This document shows, piece by piece, positions 37,101 through 44,858 of a DNA stretch of 64,000 nt (position 1 is its first letter; every line of letters begins with the position of its first letter). The notes beneath the pieces were generated by a model that was given only the letters and a program-made list of their open reading frames with translations, was not told the DNA's origin and did no database searches. The translations under genes were made by a program, and so were the position numbers. Source of the DNA: Stenotrophomonas sp. (GTDB taxonomy: Bacteria > Pseudomonadota > Gammaproteobacteria > Xanthomonadales > Xanthomonadaceae); contig NZ_DAMBKV010000003.1 of the NCBI RefSeq assembly GCF_032066555.1, positions 214,300 through 278,299 of the forward strand. Direction: 5' to 3'.

Positions 37101-38614
37101 CGCCTGGCGAAAAGCTGCCCATACAGGGCCCGTGGCATGTACTGGTCGCGGATGACCATGATCTGGCGCGCGAGCACCTGAATACACTCATCCGCGGCTT
37201 CGGCTGGACAACCGAGGAAGTCGAATCCGGCCTGCAGGCCGTCGAGCGTGTCACCACGTCCACCGCCAGGCATTGTGATGTCGTCCTGATGGATTGGCAG
37301 ATGCTGGGAATGGACGGGCTTGCCGCCGCCGCGGACATCCGCCGCCGGGTACAGACCGCACAGCAACCCATCATCATCATGGTCACGGCTTTCGAGCGGA
37401 AGCTGGTTGACGACGAGGCCAACCGGGCCGCGGTTGATGCCGTGCTGACCAAGCCGGTCACCGCATCCGTGCTCTACAACGCCATCAACGAAACGCTGGC
37501 CCTGCGAAATCCTGCGTTGCGCACGCGAAGCAGCGCCGTGCCCTCGAGCCGCCGACTGGAGGGCTGTCGTCTCCTCGTGGTCGACGATAGCGAGATCAAC
37601 CGGGAGGTTGCACAACGCATCCTGGAAGACGAAGGCGCCGTCGTGGAGCAGGCCTGCGACGGTCGCGCAGCCCTGGACCTGCTGCGCGACAAACCCGATC
37701 GTTGCGATGCCGTGTTGATGGATGTGCAGATGCCGGTGATGGACGGCTACGAAGCTACCCGCCATATCCGGGCATCACCCGAGCTCCGGGCATTGCCAGT
37801 CATCGCACTTACCGCAGGGGCGTTCAGAACGCAGCAGGATGCGGCGTTGACGGCAGGCATGAATGCCTTCGTCGCAAAGCCATTCGAAGTGCCCGACCTG
37901 GTTGCGGCCATCCTCCGGTGCACGCGTGCTGCGTCGGAACCACGCCCGTCACAACCGGATCTGCTGCAAACACATTCAGAGCATGCGGTTACATCAGCGC
38001 TTGAGTTGAGCAGCATGCCGCTGCTCGACGTCGACAAAGGGCTGGCCTACTGGCGGGAGGACGGCCCTTACAAGCGGAACCTCGCGCTGTTCGCGAGGCG
38101 CTACGAACGTGCGGTGGAGGGAGTCCAAGCCAGCCTGGCCCGGCATGACACACCACAGGCACGCGCCGACCTGCACCGCATGCGCGGTGCAGCTGCATCG
38201 CTTGCGTTGTCGCGCCTGGTTGCCGCCTGCGCCGACGTCGAGGAATGCCTGGCACTGGAATTGGACGCCGCCGACGCGCTCCGGCGAATGGCATCCGTGC
38301 TTGAGGGAACATTGGCAAGCCTGCATCACTACTCGCAGGCCGATGAAGGCGATCAGCGCCCTGCCACTGCCCCTCCATATGCCGATCCGATCAATGCGCT
38401 TGAAGAATTGCTCGCCGCCTTGGACAGCGCCAGCCCGGAGGCAATTGAGCATGCCCTCCACCGCCTGCCGGCCGGGCTACCTGACGATGTCCGGCGCCGC
38501 ATCGTGCTGTGTATCGAGGAGTTTGATTACCGCACGGCCGAACATGAGGCCCGCGCCTTGTTGGAGAGCCTCAACACCCATTCCCCCCCTGTCCAATCAT
38601 CAACCCAGGATTGA
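34118..38614 (+). CDS. hybrid sensor histidine kinase: CHASE - TM - 3x PAS - HisKA - HATPase - REC - REC - Hpt
   Basis: The periplasmic CHASE-like segment ([26 protein letters not shown]...) is flanked by TM helices. Three PAS repeats are present ([75 protein letters not shown]). The H-box is [21 protein letters not shown] and the G-box is [18 protein letters not shown]. Two receiver domains follow ([22 protein letters not shown]), then a C-terminal Hpt-like [14 protein letters not shown] 34118 is preceded by GGAG; the ORF-track GTG start is at 34058. Confidence 0.9.
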   Translation: [1498 protein letters not shown]

Positions 38615-38619
38615 CGGAC

Positions 38620-39639
38620 ATGCCCAGCGGCCCGATCCTCTGCGTGGACGACGAGCCCAACAACTTGGCGCTTCTTCGCCAGATTCTTGGAAACGACTAC
38701 ACGCTGGCCTTCGCACGCGACGGCGAACAGGCGCTGCGCGTCGCCGCAAAACACACGCCAAGCCTGGTTCTGCTGGATGTGGAGATGCCTGGCATGGATG
38801 GTTACCAGGTGGCGGCCGCGCTCAAGGCCAATGCTGCCACCGAGCACATTCCGGTCATCTTTGTCACCGCGCTGAACCGGGAAGTGGACGAACGTGCCGG
38901 CTTCGCCTGTGGCGGGGTGGACTACATCACCAAACCCGTTTCGCCCTTCATCCTGCGCGCGCGGGTGAACACGCATCTGTCGCTTGTTCGCGCCTCTGCG
39001 TTGAACAGCAGCTACCAGGATGCCATCCAGATGCTCAGCGTGGCGGGGCATTACAACGATTCGGATACCGGCGCGCATATCTGGCGCATGGCCGCCTATG
39101 CCCGCGTTCTGGCCGAAGCAGTGGGCTGGGAGCTCCCCAGGGCGAAACTGCTGGAGCAGGCCGCGCCGATGCATGACACCGGCAAGATCGGGATTCCCGA
39201 CGCCATCCTCAAGAAGCCGGGCAAGCTGGACGCAGGCGAGTGGGAGATCATGCAGCGTCACACGCTGATCGGCTTCGAGATTCTCAGCCGCAGCAAGGCG
39301 CCCTTGTTCGAACTGGCAGCCGAGATCGCCCTCAGTCATCACGAACGCTGGGATGGAACAGGCTATCCACACCGTCTGGCTGGCAGCCGCATCCCGGAAT
39401 CGGCGCGCATCGTGGCGATCGCTGATGTGTTCGATGCCCTGGCAAGCCGGCGTCCCTACAAGGAGCCGTGGCCGGTGGATGCCGTCGTCGAAAAGATAAG
39501 GGAAGGCCGCGGCAGCCACTTCGATCCGCAGATGGTGGATGCCTTCGGAAACTGCTTGCCGGGCATCCTGGAAGTAAAGCGTTACTGGGATCAGCAGGAA
39601 GCCGGACCGGCCGCGGCTACTGACCCGCCAGCACATTGA
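38620..39639 (+). CDS. response regulator with HD-GYP phosphodiesterase domain (RpfG-like)
   Basis: The REC domain reads ILCVDDEPNNLALLRQIL...LVLLDVEMPGMDGYQV...DYITKP. The HD-GYP domain reads HDTGKIGIPDAIL...HHERWDGTGYP...DVFDAL. The start lies 5 nt after the kinase stop, or overlaps it if TTG 38611 is used. Confidence 0.85.
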   Translation: MPSGPILCVDDEPNNLALLRQILGNDYTLAFARDGEQALRVAAKHTPSLVLLDVEMPGMDGYQVAAALKANAATEHIPVIFVTALNREVDERAGFACGGVDYITKPVSPFILRARVNTHLSLVRASALNSSYQDAIQMLSVAGHYNDSDTGAHIWRMAAYARVLAEAVGWELPRAKLLEQAAPMHDTGKIGIPDAILKKPGKLDAGEWEIMQRHTLIGFEILSRSKAPLFELAAEIALSHHERWDGTGYPHRLAGSRIPESARIVAIADVFDALASRRPYKEPWPVDAVVEKIREGRGSHFDPQMVDAFGNCLPGILEVKRYWDQQEAGPAAATDPPAH

Positions 39640-40391
39640 GCTGAGGCGGTGCGCGGGCCGCACGCCGACCCGCCGGAGTGACAATGCCACCGGGACAGAT
39701 AGGCGGATGTCCAGAAGCAGCAGCGGTGTGCTTATCTGCTCCCTCTAGCCGCACAAGCATTTGCCTTGACTGTCCGGGGTTCAATTACCAAACAGAACAC
39801 CCATTCATTCCCTCTGGTCGAATGGCTCCTTCTGGGCGTTGGCGGTAGGTAGCGCGCCTGCTGAGCCGCCGACGCTATCCCAGACACTTTTCGCCCCTTC
39901 AATGCTTAGCCCGCGCATGAGCGGACTATCCGCCCGATTCGCTGCCACTACCCGAAGCTGCGACGACGCTGCGTGCGCTGGAGCGGATCCACCAGCACCC
40001 GATTCCATTGGCGGTGGGGTTCAACCAATACGGCAGCAAACAGTATCTGCTCACCGCCAACGATCTGCTGGCGGCGATTGCGAGCCGTATCGCTGGCGAT
40101 CTTGCCAATACCAGTGACGCCGAGTTCGGTGCTGAACAGAGGGACGGCAGCTGGATCGCGGATGCATGAATGTCGGTCGACGACTTGGAGCGCATCAGCG
40201 CCCATTCCACTGGCCTGCGGTGACGCCTGCTCACCGCCTCCCAGGTTCAGGTCGGATGCAAGGCAGGCGCATCGGCCTGTCGGGTTGAACCAGACACCAA
40301 TCAGTACCATTGGCTGCCGGCGCTGCATCCAAACCCTGCAGCACCGCGTATAAGCGACACATGACCAAGCCGAAAAGGACCAGCAAGCGCC

Positions 40392-40877
40392 ATGCAGATA
40401 CGTAGACAGCTCCTCGGCTTCTCTGGCTGGTTCCTGGTCACCTTTCTCGCCGCAGCGCTTGGTGCGCGGGCCTCCATCTCCGCCTCCAGTTTCTACGCCG
40501 ACCTTGTACTACCCACATGGGCGCCACCGGCGAGCCTGTTCGGACCGGTGTGGACCGCCTTGTATGCGCTGATGGCGCTGGCGGCATTCCTTGTCTGGCG
40601 AGAGCGCGGCTGGCGTGCAGCTGCCTCTGCGTTGACCCTTTACCTGCTGCAGTTGGGCCTCAACACCTTGTGGAGCTGGCTGTTCTTCGGCTGGAAACAG
40701 GGCGGGTTGGCCTTCGCCGATATCCTGTTGCTCCTGGTGTTGATCGTCGCCACGCTGGTTGCGTTCTGGCGTATCCACAAGGTCGCGGCCTGCATGTTGC
40801 TGCCCTATCTTGCCTGGGTGGGCTTTGCCAGCGTGCTCAACTACGCGGTCTGGCAGGCAAATCCCGGGCTGCTGTAG
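40392..40877 (+). CDS. tspO: TspO/MBR family tryptophan-rich sensory protein
   Basis: 161 aa, 5 TM: PTWAPPASLFGPVWTALYALMALAAFLVW...LNTLWSWLFFG...LLPYLAWVGFASVLNYAVW, the canonical TspO pattern. Confidence 0.9.
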   Translation: MQIRRQLLGFSGWFLVTFLAAALGARASISASSFYADLVLPTWAPPASLFGPVWTALYALMALAAFLVWRERGWRAAASALTLYLLQLGLNTLWSWLFFGWKQGGLAFADILLLLVLIVATLVAFWRIHKVAACMLLPYLAWVGFASVLNYAVWQANPGLL

Positions 40878-40892
40878 GCAGCCCAAACCCTT

Positions 40893-40914
40893 GCTGCCGC
40901 GGTACCGCGGCAGC
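40893..40914. terminator. perfect 22-nt palindrome between convergent tspO and SDR-like genes (possible bidirectional terminator)
   Basis: GCTGCCGCGGTACCGCGGCAGC is self-complementary. The U-runs are weak, so function is inferred from position only. Confidence 0.5.
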
Positions 40915-40918
40915 CGGC

Positions 40919-41605
40919 TTACCCCGCGTCGGCATTCCCAAGCTGATTGATCTGCCTACATTCCACAACGGCAGGTGGATCAGGCATGCCTGCCAACGCG
41001 ATCATCGCGCGGCCCAGAACCAGGTTGCTGGTGAACATCGACGGCAGGACAGCCGCTGTCAGCTGCATCATTGGCCCGCCAACCACATACAGCGGCTTCA
41101 GCAGCGCATGCCGGCTGCCGGTGCCGGCAACCGGTCGCACCCCGCCTGGCCGCAGCATCACCGTACGTCCCGGCAGCCGGGCCAGTGCCCGCTCCGTTTC
41201 GCCCTTGATGCGCAATGGCATGAGGTGGCTTTCAGGATTGGCGTGCGCACCCGACACATACAGGAACATTCCCTGTGGATTGGCTGCAAACCAGGTCTGC
41301 GCAACTGCCAGTGTGGTGTCCAGCGTGACCCGCCGGTAAGCGTCTTCCGCTGTGCCCAAGGGCGGGGCGCCGGCGCAATAGAAGCAGGCATCGAAGCCCA
41401 CCAGGTCGGCCTGGCGACGATGGGCCTGGAGGAAGTCATCCAGCACCAACTCCTCGGTTGCCGTGACCAGGCCGCCGGCGTGTCGCACCAGCGCGACCGT
41501 GCGTCTTACATGCACGGAGCCAGCGCAGGCCAACGCGACGCCTTGACCAACCAGCCCACTGGCTCCGGTCAACACGATCTTCAGCCGCCCGCCATCGTTC
41601 ACCAT
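40919..41605 (-). CDS. NAD(P)-binding Rossmann protein (atypical SDR / epimerase-like)
   Basis: MVNDGGRLKIVLTGASGLVGQGV shows the TGxxGxxG motif. GGAG lies 8 nt upstream of ATG 41605. It sits directly downstream of chrR on the same strand. Confidence 0.7.
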   Translation of the reverse strand: MVNDGGRLKIVLTGASGLVGQGVALACAGSVHVRRTVALVRHAGGLVTATEELVLDDFLQAHRRQADLVGFDACFYCAGAPPLGTAEDAYRRVTLDTTLAVAQTWFAANPQGMFLYVSGAHANPESHLMPLRIKGETERALARLPGRTVMLRPGGVRPVAGTGSRHALLKPLYVVGGPMMQLTAAVLPSMFTSNLVLGRAMIALAGMPDPPAVVECRQINQLGNADAG

Positions 41606-41622
41606 TGCCCTCTCCATGCGAA

Positions 41623-42297
41623 CTAGAGTTTGACGAAGCGCTGCACCTTGCGTGCCAACCAGCCACTGAATACCAGCGGTGCATCCAGTGCCGAAACACA
41701 GATGCACGGCACACCGGGCGCGGTCACCGGCTGGTGTTCCACCTCGGCATCCAGGTCCGCCACATCGCCGGGAGCAAACAGCCCCAGCGCGTCGTTGTAC
41801 GAACCACGCAGGACCTGGGTGAGTTCACTGCGGCCATGGCTGTGCATGGGCAGGCATTTGCCCGGCGCGATCTTCAACATGATCAGCGACGGCATCTGCC
41901 GTGCACGGATGCAATGCACGCCCGGCGCCATCCAGCGCCAGCGCAGGCTCGCCAGCGAGTCGCCGAAATACGGATGCAGCGATGCCGGTAGATACTCCGG
42001 GTCGGCCTGCGGTCGCTCCGGCGGTGACTGCCGCTCCAGTGGCGGCATCGCGGGCGGGTCCACATCCATCAGCTGCGCCAGCATGGCGGCGCGCAGTGTG
42101 TCGCGCCGTGTATCGTCGAGCACGGGCTGGGTCTGTTCGAGCAACGCCGAGCCAAGCGCTTCGGCATCACGCAGACGCTGGCGGCAGTGCGGGCACTGCT
42201 CAAGGTGGGTACCGGCAACAATGCTCAACGGTGCCTGCAGCGCGCCGGCGGCGTAACTCATCAAGGTGGACTCATGCAGGTGGTGGTGCGGATTCAT
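41623..42297 (-). CDS. chrR: ChrR-family anti-sigma factor (zinc-binding N-domain + cupin C-domain)
   Basis: MNPHHHLHESTLMSYAAGAL...HLEQCPHCRQRL carries the H-x3-C-x2-C ZAS motif. The C-terminal cupin-like segment is PGKCLPMHSHGRSELTQVLRGSY. ATGA overlap with the sigma gene. Confidence 0.85.
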   Translation of the reverse strand: MNPHHHLHESTLMSYAAGALQAPLSIVAGTHLEQCPHCRQRLRDAEALGSALLEQTQPVLDDTRRDTLRAAMLAQLMDVDPPAMPPLERQSPPERPQADPEYLPASLHPYFGDSLASLRWRWMAPGVHCIRARQMPSLIMLKIAPGKCLPMHSHGRSELTQVLRGSYNDALGLFAPGDVADLDAEVEHQPVTAPGVPCICVSALDAPLVFSGWLARKVQRFVKL

Positions 42298-42833
42298 GAC
42301 GCACCCCCGACCTTGGACTGCAGCAACAGGAAGGCCCGCCGCAGATGTGATTTGACCGTACCCAATGGCATTCCCAACGTCTGCGCGATCTCGCCGTGGC
42401 TCTTTGCTTCGAAGTAGGACATCCGCACCAGCCGCGCCTGCACCGCCGACAACTCGTTGATGCGCTGGCGCAATCTCGCATGATCGGCGAACTGCTCGGC
42501 GCTGCTGCGATCAAGCACATCGGCCGCGGCCGCGTTCTCCACCGCCGCCTGCACCAGCGTCCAGCTGCGCTCGTGGCGGACACGATCGATATGCAGGTTG
42601 CGCGCGATGCGGTACAGCCAGGTACTCAGCGCGCCCTGTGCCGGATCGAATTCCGCGGCCCGCAGCCACAAGCGCAGCAGGCACTCCTGCGCCAGTTCCT
42701 CGGCCACCGCCTCCGGAGCACCCAGGCCACGCAGGTATACGCACAGGCGCGGCATGAAGTGGTCGTAGATGCGCATGAAGCAGTCGCGATCGCGCAGCCG
42801 CGCCACACCGTCCATGTCACCGGCCCAGTTCAT
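42294..42833 (-). CDS. rpoE: ECF RNA polymerase sigma factor (RpoE/ChrR-partner type)
   Basis: Internal start MNWAGDMDG (42833). Region 2 reads FMRIYDHFMPRLCVYLRGLG...AEELAQECLLRLW. Region 4 reads LSAVQARLVRMSYFEAKSHGEIAQTLGMPLGTVKSHLRRA. Confidence 0.85.
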   Translation of the reverse strand: MNWAGDMDGVARLRDRDCFMRIYDHFMPRLCVYLRGLGAPEAVAEELAQECLLRLWLRAAEFDPAQGALSTWLYRIARNLHIDRVRHERSWTLVQAAVENAAAADVLDRSSAEQFADHARLRQRINELSAVQARLVRMSYFEAKSHGEIAQTLGMPLGTVKSHLRRAFLLLQSKVGGAS

Positions 42834-42878
42834 TGGCTCTTTGCTCAGCTGCTGTGAACTGGACACGATCCGGGCGGT

Positions 42879-42909
42879 GTCTAAGGGGGAAGGGAGGTTG
42901 CGGGGATCA
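42879..42909 (-). promoter_or_regulatory. candidate autoregulated ECF (ChrR-type) promoter
   Basis: The minus strand reads TGATCC (42909-42904), a 19-nt spacer, then TTAGAC (42884-42879), about 70 nt upstream of the sigma start. As I recall, TGATCC is the -35 element reported for RpoE/ChrR-type sigma factors. The -10 assignment is uncertain. Confidence 0.3.
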
Positions 42910-43049
42910 GGGTACATCTGCGTGGGCAGGGCTGCAGTGAATGTGTTGTCCTTCCTACGCGCGGTGGCGGCGTTTGGATGCACCGCCGTGCCTGCATCCA
43001 GCGGCTGGCCTCGCCCGTAGGCAGGGAGAGCTCATTCCGGGATGCCCCC

Positions 43050-43817
43050 ATGCGCATGGCCTGCCTGTTGCTGTTCCTGCCCTGCATGGCGTCGGCAGCG
43101 CCGTTGCTGCGCGGTGAAGGCGTTGCCACGACCCGCGACGGGGCCGTGGCCTACCGCGAGGTACATTGGCAACGCGGCGCCGGCGACGCAGCCGAGCGCT
43201 GGGTGCACTACCTCTGCCCCGACGGCCAGCCCTTCGCGCGCAAGCACATGCAGGTCAACGGTACCGCCCAGGCACCCAGCTACCGCTGGGAGGATCGCCG
43301 TAGTGGCCAGGCCGCCAGCGTGGCAACGACGGGAGGCGTCGTACAGCTGAACTGGAAAGAGGATGCGGCGGCGAAAACACGGGCGCAGCGGCTTCCGCTT
43401 CCGGCCGATGCGGTGATCGACGCCGGGTTCGACGCCGCCGTGCGCGCGCACTGGCAGCAATTGATGCAGGGCGAGCGGCTCAGCCTGCGGTTCCTGGTCC
43501 CCAGCCGCCAGCGCTACTACCCGGTACAGGTGCAGCGTGTCGGCGCGGTCCGCTGGCAGGGGCTGGATGCCCAGTCGATCCAGGTGCAGCTGGATGCCTG
43601 GTACGGGGTGGTCGCGCCGCGTCTGGCGCTGGTCTATGCCGATGCCGATCGGCGCCTGCTGGAGTTCCACGGTACCAGCAACCTGCGCGATGCCCGCGGC
43701 GACTACCCGGTGGTGACCGTGCGCTTTGCGCAGAAGGCAGTGGAACGTCCACTTGCGCAATGGCAGGCCGAGCTGCAGCAGGCACTGGTGCCGCGCTGTG
43801 CCGCCATGCGGGGCTGA
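43050..43817 (+). CDS. secreted hypothetical protein, first gene of the operon divergent from rpoE-chrR
   Basis: ORF 42978..43817. The internal start MRMACLLLFLPCMASAAP gives a signal peptide. I do not recognise the family. Confidence 0.55.
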   Translation: MRMACLLLFLPCMASAAPLLRGEGVATTRDGAVAYREVHWQRGAGDAAERWVHYLCPDGQPFARKHMQVNGTAQAPSYRWEDRRSGQAASVATTGGVVQLNWKEDAAAKTRAQRLPLPADAVIDAGFDAAVRAHWQQLMQGERLSLRFLVPSRQRYYPVQVQRVGAVRWQGLDAQSIQVQLDAWYGVVAPRLALVYADADRRLLEFHGTSNLRDARGDYPVVTVRFAQKAVERPLAQWQAELQQALVPRCAAMRG

Positions 43818-43900
43818 TTCGAATGGAATCTTCATTACGCTGCATCCAATCAGCGCCGCGCGCCGTAGAGAAGGGCAGGAAACCTCTCGAGATACGCGCC

Positions 43901-44857
43901 ATGGCACCCGCTGCGCCCCTTCCCCGCCGACGCGTGGCCCTGCTGCTTACGATCCAGCGCTGGTTCGACACCGCCGGTAGCGCTGACGTCGTTGGCGAGA
44001 CGCAGGCGGGCGATCGCATCGATTGGATGCGCGCCCTGCCCTTCGCGCTGCTGCACATCGGCTGCCTGGGGGTGATCTGGACCGGGTCGTCGTGGACGGC
44101 AGTTGCTGTCGCGCTGGCCTTGTATGCGGTGCGGATGTTCGCGATCACCGCGTTCTATCACCGCTACTTTTCCCACCGCACCTTCCAGACATCGCGCGCG
44201 GTGCAGTTCCTGTTCGCCCTTGTCGGCGCCTCCAGCGTGCAGCGCGGGCCGCTGTGGTGGGCGGCGCATCACCGGCACCACCACCGGCACGCCGACCAGC
44301 CGCTGGACCCACATTCTCCGCAGCAGAAAGGCTTCTGGCGCAGCCATGTTGGCTGGTTTCTGACCCGTGACGCCTTCGCCACCGACCTGCAGCGCGTGCC
44401 GGATCTGGCCCGCTTCCCGGAACTGCGCTGGCTGGACCGCTTCGACACCGTGGTACCGCTGCTGCTCGCCGCTTCCCTTTATGCACTGGGCGCGGCGCTT
44501 GAACGCTGGGCACCGGGCCTGCAGACCTCCGGCATGCAATTGCTGGTCTGGGGATTCTTCATTTCCACAGTGATGTTGTTCCACGCCACCGTCACCATCA
44601 ATTCACTGGCCCACCGCTTCGGTCGCCGTCGCTTCGACACCCGCGACGACAGCCGCAACAATTTCTGGCTGGCGCTGCTCACCTTCGGTGAGGGCTGGCA
44701 CAACAACCACCATTTCTTCCCCGGCACGGTGCGCCAGGGATTCCGCTGGTGGGAGATCGACCTGACCTGGTATGGCCTGCGGTTGATGGCGATGCTGGGC
44801 CTGGTCAAGGAGCTCAAGCCAATCCCGGCCTGGGTGCTGGCCAAGGCGAGGAACTGA
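43901..44857 (+). CDS. membrane acyl-CoA/acyl-lipid fatty acid desaturase (delta-9-like)
   Basis: Three His boxes are present: HRYFSHR, HHRHHHRHAD and HNNHHFFP. There are TM segments. The start is ATG 43901; an alternative is 43823. Confidence 0.85.
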   Translation: MAPAAPLPRRRVALLLTIQRWFDTAGSADVVGETQAGDRIDWMRALPFALLHIGCLGVIWTGSSWTAVAVALALYAVRMFAITAFYHRYFSHRTFQTSRAVQFLFALVGASSVQRGPLWWAAHHRHHHRHADQPLDPHSPQQKGFWRSHVGWFLTRDAFATDLQRVPDLARFPELRWLDRFDTVVPLLLAASLYALGAALERWAPGLQTSGMQLLVWGFFISTVMLFHATVTINSLAHRFGRRRFDTRDDSRNNFWLALLTFGEGWHNNHHFFPGTVRQGFRWWEIDLTWYGLRLMAMLGLVKELKPIPAWVLAKARN

Positions 44858-44858
44858 C

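Noticed and set aside
34079-39690. Long minus-strand ORFs (34079..35170, 35633..36916, 36950..37765, 38527..39690) opposite the hybrid kinase and HD-GYP genes
   Set aside because: The plus-strand products carry complete, ordered signalling domains. The antisense translations have no recognisable motifs and show typical high-GC shadow-ORF composition.
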